From the NCBI RefSeq assembly GCF_006345805.1, contig NC_042997.1:91698001-91762000 (forward strand): a stretch of DNA of 64,000 nucleotides, given 5' to 3'. The translations under genes were made by a program, and so were the position numbers. Under the pieces are notes generated by a model that saw only the letters and a program-made list of their open reading frames with translations, had not been told where the DNA came from and made no database searches. Source of the DNA: Octopus sinensis. Taxonomy: Eukaryota. Positions 21,251 through 35,620 of the stretch are shown here, piece by piece (position 1 is the first letter of the stretch; each line of letters begins with the position of its first letter).

Positions 21251-23847
21251 AATTATAAAAAAGAACAATGAAAGTAATAGCGGTAAAGATATATAACATA
21301 CACAGAGTTGAATAAAAATTTATTCTGGAATAAGCATCAACATTTAAAATGACAAAAACCGGAATTGGTTTTGAAGCAATGTAATATTCTAAAAGTGTAT
21401 TTCGAAAATGTGTAGAGACGAAATGGGATTGTTGCTTCTAATTAATAAGCAGTTGTTGACAAGATCAATAATGTACAAGTACCGGGTTTATCGAATAAAT
21501 ATTCCTTCAAACTACTATATTCTTATTTACAACACACATTCATGTCTGTATAATATAATGTGTACGCATGTTTGTTATTGTTATACATATTCTATATGTA
21601 CTATAGTATATAATATCTATAAAATATTGAAGTTAACTGTATTTCTATTTGTATGTACTTTAGTGAAAACATTTCACTCTTGCCCTTTAAACGCAAGCCC
21701 CCTGTGCTTAAAATGACTTCCAGTTCATTTCTGCACCCTGGAGTCCTGAAAACCGAAAATTGTATTACTTATTTTATTACCACAGAAAAGTAATTTCCAG
21801 CCAATCATGAAAGGAAATTTCCGAAAATGTCAATATGACATTGAATTGCATAATACATACATAGAGTTATGCGTGAGTGTGTGTGTGCATGTATACCTGT
21901 ATATGTATATGCCTCTCTTTCTCATTCTCTCTCAATACACACACACACAAACACACACATATATATACACATACTTTCATGCATACAAACATACATAGAT
22001 ACATATATACTTTTAACTATGTTTGCTTGTATGTATGTAAAAATGTTTTTGCACAGATACATCGACTTGGCACAAACACACATATATATACAGATAAAAA
22101 GAAAGAAATCATGTTTGTTAGCGTGTATTCTTTGCACATACATACATACATACATACATACATACATACATACATACATACATACATACATACATACATA
22201 CATACATACATGCACAGATACATACACATATGCATGTATCAATTTAGGTATGTATATGTCTGTATGTTTGTGCTTGTGCGTTTTTATTTTCTTCTCTTCT
22301 AAAATCTTTCAAATGACTAATCATAAAGTTTTCAAATATATAATTGTCTTGTTGCTTACTTTTCAAAATGGCTTACATTTTTTTTCTTTCTTTAGTAAGA
22401 ACTCTCTTATTTTCAACAATGCTATGTTAGCTAAATGTTTGAACGACGATGCTGAGTAGAATGAACTCAAAACAACGTATTTGTCTATATTACGTGATAT
22501 GGTACTTTTAGATTTTATATACATTAAACAATATATATTGGCCATGTTGTGCAATACGAAACCCGCTTGGGTTTAAATTTCTAATTTCTTTTTATTCTTT
22601 TGGGAAAATTTATTTATGATAAGGAATAAACAAATGTTCTAAAATTTCATTAAAATTTTTTTACCAACCTTCACACTCTCCGTTTTGGATTACACATTCA
22701 ACCGTAAATTTTCTATTTTTTTACGTTTTTCCTACAATTTGTTTCTTTCGTGTTACATGCTTAGACATAGTAGAATAGAATCATGCAAAAAGAAAACAAA
22801 AAAGGAGAAAAACAGAAAGAATCAGTTTAGATTTAGGGTTAAAGCTTTTGAGGTAGGGTTTAGGGTTAAGGTTTAATATAAGGTTGAGTTTTTGAGATGG
22901 AGTTTAGAGTTAGGAGTACAAGGATAAAAGAAAGAACTGAAAAGAAAAAATAATAGGTTTTGCGATTTTGAATCCTTCATTTAAAACATAGACATCTGAA
23001 GAAAAGTTCTACAAAAATTAAAAATTGAAATGATACAAGGGAAAGATGCTTATTACACAATTTAGTCATATATTGCTTATGCACTGTATATCGTTATACA
23101 TTTCATATTATCAAATATAATAAATGCGAATGTCAGTGTGTCAGTGTGTCATACTTTTCCAACTTTATTCCTAGACGCCGTAGCTCAACATATCATACCA
23201 TCTTGGAATCAGGCCGACTCCGTGAGTAAATTAAAATCATTCCGGGCCGAATCAGGACTCGCAATCCTGAAATTTTGAATTCCCAAGTTTTCATTACTGC
23301 GATTGTTTTCGACGATTTTTTTAACGTGATTTTTGGTGACGAATTTTTTGTACGATAACAATTTTTACTAGCTGGACCCGTGAAAACTTCATGGAAAATA
23401 TAAAAAATGTAAGCATCGGTAAATAGTGACTTCATTTAATAACTATCGAATAATTATGGGCATAACTACAGATGTGTACCCCACCGAAAATTCCATAAAT
23501 AATCGCTTAGATCCTGTTGATTGAATGTATTTTAAGAATTGTTGGAAATATATTTGACAATTGTCCCCACCACACACACAATTACACACACATAGACACA
23601 AATGCAGTTATATACACACACTCATACACACACATAAACAATCTAACTCATTAACAAGAGCAAACACCCACGCATCCCCATACATACAGCATGCATACTG
23701 TCTCCTTCTTATTTTCAGAACTTCCTCCTTCCAACCAATTTTGACGTCATTGCTCATAACGGATTTTTAAAAAAACGCTCATTATCACTGTGAACACCAT
23801 GTAGGCAGCCATAAAAAAGTTTTTGTTCGTCTTGAGGCTGATAGAGG

Positions 23848-23946
23848 TTCCTTGTCTTTCCTGATGAGAAGACGGCATAATGCACCCTTTATTCCTTCGG
23901 AATTAAGAGTATGCAGTCTTCGAAACATGTATTGAGAGTAAAGGAA
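23848..23946 (+). ncRNA. Decayed type I hammerhead ribozyme
   Basis: CTGATGA at 23861-23867. Stem II GAAGAC/GTCTTC plus GCAT/ATGC. GAAA at 23922-23925. Stem I CTTTC/GAGAG, a 2x2 loop, then TTCCTT/AAGGAA. The stem III and cleavage region (ACATGTATT) is imperfect. Confidence 0.6.
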
Positions 23947-25902
23947 TTTTGTTAAAATCTTCGTTCGACTCCATTCTTTCAGTTATATATATATGTGTGT
24001 GTGTGTGTATGTGTATATATATGTATGTATGTATATTAAAAGTATATTGTCCGGTTTGTCATGGACGGAATACGATCGTGCTATTCCTGTTTACAGTGGG
24101 TTATTGAAAAGCAAGTAATACTTTGAGAAGTAAAAAAAAAAATAAAGCAACGTATATACACAGGACACTTGTACATAAATTTGGATAGGATAGAGCGGAT
24201 ATTGATGATAGATTCTCTGTTTTTTTTTTTGGGGGGGGGTTTGCTGGTTAGAACCCCTTAATTTATCCCCTTTAACTGAGAAAATACGCTACTGTAGCTT
24301 GGTTGCATTTTTAATAAGCATATCTTTATTTGTCCGTATTTGATTAGTGCTGTTGTCAGAACAATGATAAAGTGGGAAAACAAGGAATCTTGGGGATCTT
24401 TTTATTGAACTTAAATCTAAATGTTAAGTTAGCGGAATCAGTCTGGTATTAGGATCTCGTATTTGTTTAATACAAATATTGAATTATTTTCTCAAGGTAA
24501 ATATCATTTGTCCAATGTAATCTTCGTTACAACCATTACATTTAATAACATAAATGTTACTGTATCGACAAGGCTATCATATGATGTTATACACCGCTAG
24601 TCACTATGCACTTCCTTGCATTGTTGTGGCCTTCAAATAATACCACCCCGAAGGCTAGTGGGTACAGGTCAACACTCTCCCCGAATGGAACGCCCGTCTG
24701 TCAGAATGTAACTCATTTGCAGCTGAGCTGACAGAAGCAACGTAAAATGAAATGTTTTGCTCAAGAACTCAATGCACTGCCAATCTGGGAATTGACACCA
24801 CGATCTTGCAATCATAAGTGCAACACTCGAACCCTTAGGCCAAACACATACATACCCACATACATACATGCACGCATGCATGCATACATACATACTCACA
24901 CACATACATACATACATACATACATACATACATACATACATACATACATACATACATACATACATACATACATAAGTGCATGCACATTCCCCTCCAGATA
25001 AGCGCGCACGCCGGAACACAAATATATTTTATTCTAACAGACAAGTTAAATAGCAGAAAGTAAATATATGCTTTTCAGTGTTCAGAAAATAGGGCCAAGC
25101 CTCATTAGTTAAAAAGTAATTGTAAGTGATAGGCCGTATAACAGTGAGCAAACACAATAACAAGAAAAGCTCAAAGGAACTCCTGACCCTACCGATTATA
25201 CCTTTCGAAGTGGGTGGCCTTCAGGTCAAAAGGCAAACAAATGATTACAAAACATACAATTGATTAAAGACAAGCTCAAAACAATAGAAATAAGTCGCTT
25301 GGAAATTTGTAAATGACGGATGTTGTGGGTTTAACAAGCAACTGGACTTACGCCATTTGCAACGTAACACGACACCAGAAACAGGAAATGCTAATAAATC
25401 ATGAATTATGCTATATCGCATCGGAAATGAAGTTGTAACAAGGAGGATGGCAGTGGGAGGATGTTCCTTTAATCTAACAGCTGGGTTGGATCACCTTCCC
25501 CCAGATTATAACGGAAATCACAAGAGTTGGCATTGATTAATGGGTAGTCGTCCGCGCACTCTATTTCTTTCTCTCCGATTCTCTCCCATATGCACTGACA
25601 CACACACATCAAACAAGAGTTCCCTCATTCCTCTATGAATATATACTCTCTTTTAAAACTCTTTTACTTGTTTCAGTCATTTGACTGTGGCCATGCTGGA
25701 GCACCGCCTTTAGTCAAGCAAATCGACCCCAGGATTTATTCTTTGTAAGCCTAGTACTTATTCTATCGGTAACTTTTGCCGAACCGCTAAGTTACGGGGA
25801 CGTAAACACACCACCATCGGTTGTCAAGCGATGTTGGGGGGGGGGACAAACACAGACACACAAGCATATACATACACACACACACACATATATTTATATA
25901 TA

Positions 25903-25953
<51 letters not shown>

Positions 25954-25957
<4 letters not shown>

Positions 25958-26571
25958 AATATACGACGGGCTTCTTTCAGTTTCCGTCTACCAAATCCAC
26001 TCACAAGGCTTTGGTCGGCCCAAGGCTATAGTAGAAGACACTTGCCCAAGGTGCCACGCAGTGGGACTGAACCCGGAACCATGTGGTTTGTAAACAAGCT
26101 ACTTACCACACAGCCACTCCTACGGCTAGTCTGGATAGAATCCACATATCGGTTCCATTCTAGCAAAAACTGTCGACGAACGGCAACGAAAAACTCAGAG
26201 TAACAGGTTTTGTTGAATTTTCTACTGCTTTGAATGAAGTATATATATATATATATTATATATATATATAATATATATATATATATACAAATATACGACG
26301 GGCTTCTTTCAGTTTCCGTCTACCAAATCCACTCACAAGGCTTTGGTCGGCCCAAGGCTATAGTAGAAGACACTTGCCCAAGGTGCCACGCAGTGGGACT
26401 GAACCCGGAACCATGTGGTTTGTAAACAAGCTACTTACCACACAGCCACTCCTACGGCTAGTCTGGATAGAATCCACATATCGGTTCCATTCTAGCAAAA
26501 ACTGTCCGACGAACGGCAACGAAAAACTCAGAGTAACAGGTTTTGTTGAATTTTCTACTGCTTTGAATGAA

Positions 26572-26600
<29 letters not shown>
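25954..26600. repeat. Direct tandem duplication, period about 331 bp, bounded by (TA)n
   Basis: 25954-26250 is repeated at 26285-26580 and differs by a 1-bp indel (GTCGAC vs GTCCGAC). Confidence 0.9.
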
Positions 26601-26606
<6 letters not shown>

Positions 26607-27269
26607 CCAAAAACCTTTTTCCTTTCTTTCAAGCGTTATACTAATCACACCTTTGTTAAAACTTGTCCTTCGCGTTGTGCATTTTTCTTGCTTTTGCTCA
26701 TAACCCACCCCCTCTCACACACATACACTCACACGCACACACACACAAACACTTACACAAACACAATTCCAAGTTTATAAATTACGAACCATGTTCGGTT
26801 AAGCAAAGTTACGAAAGCGGTTTCGTGCGTTCATGTTTTTCGAAGCAGAAAACATTTATAAACAATCGTCAGACATGGTTGACCGGAAACTGGTGTTAGC
26901 GCTCTTTTGACTCTTATGTGACTTTAGAGTATTCTTTAGAGTAACCCTTCTTCTTGTTCTTCATTCAAGATAAATAATGGGTTCCTAACAGAAGTCACGT
27001 GTTATTGAGTTCTTGGTGAATGAGGGATGCAAATTGTCCGACATCCATAGAAGGCTATATATATTGTTTACGGAGATGAAACCACTGACACTATCTATAG
27101 GTAGATTAAGTTTAATAAAGGGGAACCCAGCATTGAATACGAATTAGTTAGTGGGAATCCATTTACTGCGATCACTGACAGATTTGCAAAGGTGTAGAAG
27201 AATTGATTCGCGGAGACAAATAAATCGTAACTGTTAGCTTATTGCACAACTCAACTGTGATCACAATTC

Positions 27270-27470
27270 ATAAAAAGAATATGGTGAAAGACATTGGGTA
27301 ACGAAAAGTATGTACAAAGTGGATACTTCGGCAGTGGACACTCGATTTAAAGAGGAAAAGGGTGAAAGTTTGCTTTGATCTGTTGAAAGCGTTTGAAGAG
27401 AATAAAGACGAGGTTTTATCCTTTTTACCCAATCTGGTGACAGGGAATGAAGCATCTCCCTTCAAAAGAT
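27270..27470 (+). mobile_element. Mariner transposase fragment
   Basis: Translates as RKVCTKWILRQWTLDLKRKRVKVCFDLLKAFEENKDEVLSFLPNLVTGNE (WVPR-like and VTGDE-like motifs). Confidence 0.6.
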
Positions 27471-27642
27471 GTGAATTTAAAACAAACATGATTCACTGGT
27501 GTCTCAAAGTTCCTTACACCGGTGAATCACGCGTGTTCTGAAAACACATCATCCAAAGGGAAGTGTTCCTCGTGGACCAAAAACAACATCCGTTAGACAT
27601 TCACGTTTAAAGCTGCCACAAAGTATCAAGGATGAATAGACG

Positions 27643-27731
<89 letters not shown>

Positions 27732-27866
27732 TAAATGAGGCTGTACGGTTAAGAAATTCTCTTTGCAGTTAGATGGTTTCAGATTCAATCCCACCGCGGA
27801 GCACCGTGGGCAAGTGTCTTCTACTATATCCTTAGGCCGATCAGTCGACCAATGTGAGTGAATTTG

Positions 27867-27910
<44 letters not shown>

Positions 27911-27916
27911 TATATA

Positions 27917-28915
27917 TAAGGCTTTTGGTCTGACCATCAGCATCAAGAAAACTGAGCTTGTCCATCAGTCCATTTGTGACCATCTTTCCCTTACGGTATA
28001 TGTTGATGTGAGAGCATTAAAAACTGTTTTCTATTTCATTTATCTTGGTTCCATTGTGTCCAATGATGCGAAGATGTCTAAAGGAATCGAATCCAGAACC
28101 GGGAAGGCTAGCTCCACTTTCGGTAAGCTTTATCACAGGCTATAGAACAGCCACGAGGTATCGTTGAAGGTGAAAGTTAATGTATATAATTCGGTGGTCT
28201 TGAAAACATTGCTCTATGGTGCTGAGTCTTGGACTTTGTACCGAAAGCACATCAATCAGATTGACGCTTTTCATATGCGATGCTTGCGTACTATCTCCAA
28301 CATAAAACCGAGTGACCATTCATAAGAGTAAGGTATTAACAAAATGAAACATATCAGGTATTGAAGCCATCCTCATCAAAATACAGCTTAGATGGTCAGG
28401 TCATCTCTCACGTATGAGTGATATAGAATTCCGAAGCAACTTCTCTTTGGCCAATTCCCAACAGGAAGATCACTCTTGTGCTTCAAAGACAAACTAAAAG
28501 ACAATCTGAAACGATGCAACATTCCCTTTTCTTTCTTGGAAAACAAAGCATCAGAACGCAGGACCTGGTGCCTGTCCTGCTTCTCCTCAGTTCAAAAGTT
28601 TGAGCACCAGGATCAACTTCGTGCAAGAATAAGGGCACACTGGCAAAACTACGCACCTCTAAATGGAAACCCTATTTGTCATTGTGGTTTTGTGGCACGA
28701 AGCAAAACAGGCCTAGCCGTCCACTCAAGAAAACATTTAGCAAATAATCCACAAGCACTCAAACAAATATAGTCCTCAACTTCTTCCCTTTGCTGAAAGG
28801 TTTGCAAGGCACCGGTGGGCTTCAAGAGACACATTCGTGTCCATAGAACATGATCAATGCTTTATTTTACTTAATCCTCATTTATCGTTCACAAGAGAAT
28901 CCATCACATCACACA
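27917..28915 (+). mobile_element. RTE-clade LINE, 5' truncated, decayed
   Basis: Translates as FGLTISIKKT..FIYLGS..KASSTFGKL..LLYGAESW..DAFHMRCLR..RIPKQLLFG, ending in C2H2-like CHCGF..H motifs. Confidence 0.85.
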
Positions 28916-30899
28916 CACACGCGCGCGCGCACTCACGCGTGTTTGTGTGTGTTGTGTGTATGTATACCTGTATGTGTCTGTGTCACATCGCTTGATAAGT
29001 GATGTTAATTTACATCCTCATAACTTGGAAGTTTAGAGTTTCAGAAGACTGATCAGTCACTAGACTTGAAAATGGTGCCCCAAATATCTAAATCTGTCTG
29101 TCTGTCTGTCCGTTCGTCCATCTGTCTGACTGACTATATGTATGTATGCTTGTATGTATGCTTGTATGTATGTATGTATGTATGTATGTATGTATGTATG
29201 TATGTATGTATGTATGTATGTATGTATGTATGTATGTATGTATGTATGTATGTATGTATGTATGTATGTATGTATGTATGTATGTATTCGTGTTCTTGTG
29301 CGTGCTTTGCTAACTTCCTTTTATGAAGTAAAGAGTGTAATTATGTTATCGAGGCCTGAAATGATTTGTCACCCGCCCACTAGGCAATTAGCGGTTTAAT
29401 TAAGAAATGCAACGATATTAAGTTACTTTGTTTATACACGTTGTTTATAAAATAATTGGAGGTCTTCACCTTTATACCATAACTTTACTTATACACACAC
29501 ACACACACACACACACATACACACACACATAAATATATATATTGTGTGGTAAGTTGTGCTTCCCAACTACATGGCTCTAGGTTCGGTCCCACAGCATGGT
29601 ACCTTGGTTAAGTGTCTTCTACTATAACCTCGAGCCGACCAAAGCCTTATGAGTGGATTTGGTAGACGGAAACTGAAAGAAGCCCGTCGTGTGTGTGTAT
29701 GTGTGTGTGCGTGTGTGTATGTGCATACATATGTATATATATTTATATGTATGGCTTTGTGTCTGTGTTTGTCCTCCTATCATCGCTCGACAACCGATGT
29801 TGGTGTGTTTACGTCCCCGTACCTTAGTGGTTCGGCAAAAGAAACCGATAGAATAAGTACTAGGCTTACAAAGAATATGTCCTGGGGTCGATTTCTTCGA
29901 CTAAACCCCTTTAAGGCGGTGCTCCAGCATGTCTGCAGTAAATTGACTGAAACAAGTAAAAGAATAAAAGAACATATATATATATATTGTTGTATCCGGG
30001 GAGAGTCATTCTCTTATAGTGTCTTATTATTTAAGACACTCACCGGTTTAATTTCCACTCATTTACTTACTAACTTTTCTAAAATTTTCGTTGTGTCTTG
30101 CAACCTTATTCAATAGTCGTTAGCTCTGTTCGTTATCCGAGCAGCGTTCCTTTTTGTTTGTGTGGGTCAGTGTGCGTGCGCACACACATATGTATGCATG
30201 TATGTTTGTGTGAGTATGCATGTTTGTGTGTGTGTGTGCATATGCATATATGTGTATGTGTGTACATTTGTATGTATGTATTCTGTATATTCATGTGTTT
30301 ATGTGTTCGAGTTTGTGTGTTTGTTTGCATGTGTGTGTGTATGTGCATGCGTGTGTATGCATATATGTGTGTTTGCATGTGTGTGTGTGTAACTCTGTCT
30401 CCTTGTGTGTGCATGTCTGAGTGTGTCTGTGTATGGGTTTTTGTGACTATTATGTTATGTCTGTTATGTACGGATGTGTGTCTCCATATGTGTCCTTGTG
30501 TGAAGTGAAGTGTGTGCGTGTGAGTGTATGTATTTGGTATGTGTGTATGTATGCTTGTCTGTTCATATTACCTATGTACTTTTTATCTGTATGGCTATCT
30601 GTTTACATTCATATCCATTTACCTACATGCATATGCATGTACATATACGCATACATATACGTATATGCATATACATATATACACATACACGCACACACAT
30701 TACAGCCTACTAACTATTTTACTTGTATGTATGTATATATATATATATATATATAATATATATATATATATATTATATATATATATTATATATATATATT
30801 ATATATATATATATATAAACTATTTAGTACTGGGGATGTTTCATTTATGAGAACGTACTCCTGTATGTGTCTGAGTGTTGAGTCCTTTGGGTGCTTGGA

Positions 30900-33536
30900 T
30901 AAAATGAGGATGTCAAGTTGACCCAGGTTGCCTCCATGTTAGTCTTTAGCATGTTGGTAGAGTATGGAGGACTGTTATTATCTCAAATGTTCATTCAGTC
31001 TTTCCGCAATGCTCCTAGATGTCTCACCTATGTATATCATGGCAACAAAGCGACCACTCGGTCTCTGATAGATCAACAGGGGCGTGATTTATTCGAGCCC
31101 GAAAGGATGTGTGAGGCCTTTCAGCAAACTTTATCCGACTGTTCGGGACAAGTGGTGGGTCGGAACGCAGGATAGACTTTAGTGCCTACCCGCAAGGCCT
31201 ACCACGACTCTCGACAAGAGAAGCGGAGTGTTGTGAAGGTTCCATCACAGCCGCTGATATACGGAAAGCGATGGCAGGCTGCACGAGAGACAAGTCGCCG
31301 GACTTGGACGGTCTGCCCTACGAGCTTTATTGTCATATGCCAGACTTGTTTGGGGATCTCTTAGCAACAATGTACTGCAACAGGCAGGAAAACGGGAGTA
31401 TTCCCAGTTTTGTGAACCGAGGATCGGTGACACTGCTAAAGAAGTATAGATAATTTCTGGCCCATCACTCTGCTCAATGCAGATTTGAAAATTTTGGCCA
31501 TAGTGCTAGCCGGGCAGAACTATCCGTGACAACCTCTACCTCATGCGCTACATCATGGACAGGGTAGTTAAGGAACCTGGCATGGGTGGGGTGCTGATCA
31601 ATTTAGATCAATCTAAAGCCTTCGATAGAGTCGACCATCGATACTTGGCGGCTGTCTTCAAGGCAGCTGGTTTCGGTCCCGTCTTCCGCGGTTGGATCGC
31701 TACTTTATACAGCGCCATCTGCTTGGTAGTTCGAGTGAATGGCCATCTATTCAAACCTTTCAACATCACGCGTTCGGCCCGTCAGGAATGTCTCCTCTCG
31801 TCACTTTTGTATGTATTGACTCTTGAGCTACTACAGCGGAAGCTGGTGACGCTGAGGGGCATCTCGCGAGAACTGGGATGCGGGAGGAGCGTGTCTGCAT
31901 ACGCGTCATAGTGCGTCGCCGTCATAGTGCCAAGTCTCAGGCACAGTGACCTGGTCGGCGAGACACTAAGAGAATACAAATCGGTAACGGGAGCAAAAAT
32001 TAACCGGGAAAAGTCAGTGGGTTTGCGGCTTGGCACCTGGAGAAGCAAGGCCATGCCGTCCAACAGCGTCTCGACCGTGAGACGCTGGACCGACTGACCG
32101 ATTAAATAGCTCTCCCTGTCTGGTTCGGTCCAGACCTCCAAATAGAGAAGAACTGGGACGAAATTACGAGTGGAGTGGTCGCCCTCACCTAGCTATCTTT
32201 AAAAGGTTGGGCTGAGGTAGCGAATGCGCACATCGCATCAGTCATCTACTACCGTCAGACGATCATACTTTGTCCCGACCCTACCATCATGAAACTGGAA
32301 CACATACTCTTCCGCTTTTTGTGGAAGGGAAGCGTTCCGATGGTCAGGCGATCCATTTCTTGTCAACATCCGTTAAATTTAGGGCTTCGTATGCCGTGGT
32401 TAATGATGCGCAGACATGCGCTGAAACTGCGACATCTCCAATATTTCATTGACGACGGTGAACAGGTGTGGTCGCCGTTTGTGAGACGCGCCTTCCCGCA
32501 GCTCGTCTCTTTGACCGAACTGCAATCATGGATCAAGCAGAGACTGAGACTGGGCGAATGGCACCGCGTCGCCAAGCTCTGGAGCAGCTTTGCTGTCCGC
32601 GCTCAGACTTGTGCAACTTCAAATCCACCAAGGCATTCTATACAGGACTAGTGGGGGGGAGGTCCGATGTCGTTCTTGGGAGAATCTGGGCGTCGACAGG
32701 AAATTCCTGACCTGCCTCTTGAGGACCACTTTCGGGCCGGGACCTGTGGACAATTTCCATAGATCCCTGGCCTGGAAGTGCTATCTGGAAGCACTGCCCG
32801 CTCAAGAGACGGTCTAAAGACACGGTTCAAGAAACACCCAATCAACCTGCCCGAGATGCGGTCAGAACGACGAAGCTGTTCTGCACACACTCGTGCAATG
32901 TCCACATATTTCAGAGCTGTGGACCTATGTCGAACGGCTGCTGTCGCGTGTGGGGGCGGATCCGTTTGTCAGCCGAGTCTGTCGTGAATATTGTCCCGCC
33001 ATCTTTCTTTAACCGGGAAGGCAAGGCAGTTTTCGTCGTACTGGTGGCTATGGCGAAAGAATATGAGTGGTGAACTCGTTTGAAAGGTTCAGAGACAAAT
33101 ACTTTCTTCTCTGGCCAATCTCTCATCAACTTTTTCGAGCATCACTTGAAAAGGAAGGTAAGAGTAGAGACGGAAGTTTTGTCTAATAAAAGATTTAATA
33201 AAAGGTGGATGAATGTCACAAAAATGGTACACATTAATGACGGAACCACTTTGAGCATTAACCTGTAAAACAAACAGATAGAGGACACTTTGCCTTCATA
33301 GATTTTTCCTTTTGACGAGGTTACCGTGGTTATTTTTCGTATGTTTTTCTTTCAACGGATAACTCTAGCCAGTGTTATATTTTCTCCCCCTTTTGGGAAT
33401 TCAAATTGTTAAAAAAACATCACCTTCTTATCTATTTGTGTACACGCCCCCAAATTGTTTTCTTTTCGATTTCTTTCGAAAAAGAAAAATTCTACATCGT
33501 ACTGTTCCCTCTGTGTTAAGCCCTGTGTAGTTAAAT

Positions 33537-33541
<5 letters not shown>
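30900..33541 (+). mobile_element. L1/Tx1-clade LINE ORF2 remnant with 3' UTR
   Basis: Frameshifted fragments KSPDLDGLPYE, LDQSKAFDRVDHRYL, RQECLLSSLLY, GAKINREKS, FRFLWKG. It ends in AATAAAA before a (CT)n/(CTAT)n tract. Confidence 0.85.
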
Positions 33542-33580
<39 letters not shown>

Positions 33581-33603
33581 CTATCTGCCTATCTGTCTGT
33601 CTT

Positions 33604-33726
<123 letters not shown>

Positions 33727-33751
33727 GCCTGCCTGCCTGCCTGCCTATCTA

Positions 33752-33787
<36 letters not shown>

Positions 33788-34229
33788 CCTATCTATTTGC
33801 TTGTCAGTCTGTCTATCTATCTATCTATCTATCTATCTATCCCATCTTTCTATACTCTCTCTCTCCCTCCTTCTCTCCAAGGCAACGCCCCAGTTCACAA
33901 TGTGCATGTTGTCCAGAAAAAAAGCACTCTCCTGTGGCTATGAACACCACTCGTATATTAGAAGGAAAGAATGAACAGGCAAAACACGTGGTATCTCTTT
34001 AGATCATGGAATTTATAACTCAAACATAATTACGGAGTTGTTAAAGTAAATAAGGGATTAAGAAGTTGTGCATAACATCTCTTACAGCTGTTACTAGAAC
34101 AGCTGTGCATATGGTGCATATCTCATTCAGCAAAAATTTCCATATGAAAGCCAGCTATTCTGTCTTCACTCTCCATTCAACAATGTAACTGGTAACTACT
34201 AATATCCTTTATTAAGGATATTCTCTCTC

Positions 34230-34433
34230 TTTTACTCTCTCTCTTTTACTTGTTTCAGTCATTTGACTGCAGCCATGCTGGAGCACCGCCTTTGGTCGAG
34301 CAAATCGACCCCGGAACTTATTCTTTGTAAGCCCAGTACTTATTCTATCGGTCTCTTTTGCCGAACCGCTAAGTGACGGGGACGTAAACACACCAGCATC
34401 GGTTGTCAAGCAATGCTAGGGGGACAAACACAT

Positions 34434-34502
<69 letters not shown>

Positions 34503-34690
34503 TACGACAGGCTTCTTTCAGTTTCCGTCTACCAAATCCACTCACAAAGCATTGGTCAACCCGGGGCTATAGCAGAAGACACTTGCCCAAGATGCCACGC
34601 AGTGGGACTGAACCCGGAACCATGTGGTTGGTTAGCAAGCTACTTACCCCACAGCCACTCCAGCGCCTATATCCACTCCTGCGCCTATAT
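34230..34690 (-). mobile_element. Composite SINE family B (tRNA-like head, internal microsatellite, conserved tail); other full copies at about 25660-26125(-), 29540-29975(+), 42515-42865(-); half copies at about 8863-9022, 12788-12965, 27737-27872, 46755-46950
   Basis: The head ...GGTTCAGTCCCACTGCGTGGC..GAAAGAAGCCCGTCG and the tail ..CCAGCATGGCCGCAGTCAAATGACTGAAACAAGTAAAAG recur in a fixed order around a variable CA/TA repeat. Confidence 0.8.
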
Positions 34691-35338
34691 TCCTTAATTT
34701 TTCCTCCCTGACGACAAAATAGTTGGCGTTTATATGGAAGTCTTTGCTCATTGAGATATGCACTATATGCACAAAGACTATGTGCACAACTTAATCCCTT
34801 ATTTGCTCTAATAATTCTATATATTTATCTTTTCTGCCACACAAATTGTATGAACATTTGTAATATTTTTCAACAAGCAAATACCACACCACAGATAACC
34901 TTCCCTGACTATGGTACTTTCTGTGCCATTTACAATAACTGATATGCTTTTCATCAATGATTCATTTGACTCAAAGCTGATTAGCAAAAGAGGAGCTGTT
35001 CAGAATGTCAATTCCAAGAAGAATTATTGACAAATATAAATGAACTTCCTATTATTGTAAACTGAAACGTTCGGTATGGTATGCCAAGAATACATTAAAT
35101 TCTTGGAAAGGCAGAATGCAGCACATTTATAAGAAATATAGAAATATAGATTGAAGTGAATTCAATTAGCTGTCTTGAATCTCCCTCTTACAGAAAGAGT
35201 ATGCTACAGACGAAATAAATCATTTATATCATTTGGTTCTGGGATGCACAGAAAGAATAAAATAAGAAATTAATATCTCTATTTTATTGACTGTCGCATG
35301 TCTGAAGGGTGATTTGCATTACTTATGTGTTATCTATG

Positions 35339-35396
<58 letters not shown>

Positions 35397-35518
35397 AATA
35401 ACTAAATTATATATTATGCACTTTATTTCTAGCAAATTGAGAAATCATGTTGTGGCTCTCTCATTTACTTGTACATAGCTGTTTATAGTGGTTACTTATT
35501 AGTGGTGTAACAACTTAC

Positions 35519-35620
35519 GTGTATCAATTTGATGTCTCGCCCTTCTGACGAACGGCCAATGTTGAAGACGCGACAATAGTATTTAGTCTTAGAGCACGTA
35601 GTTTCCAGGAATTTGTAGAT
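35519..35620 (-). CDS. M14A carboxypeptidase exon D: IYKFLETTCSKTKYYCRVFNIGRSSEGRDIKLIH
   Basis: Acceptor ttttcttctttcag|ATC and donor CAC|gtaagt. 102 nt. Contains the IGxSxEGRxI motif. Confidence 0.93.
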
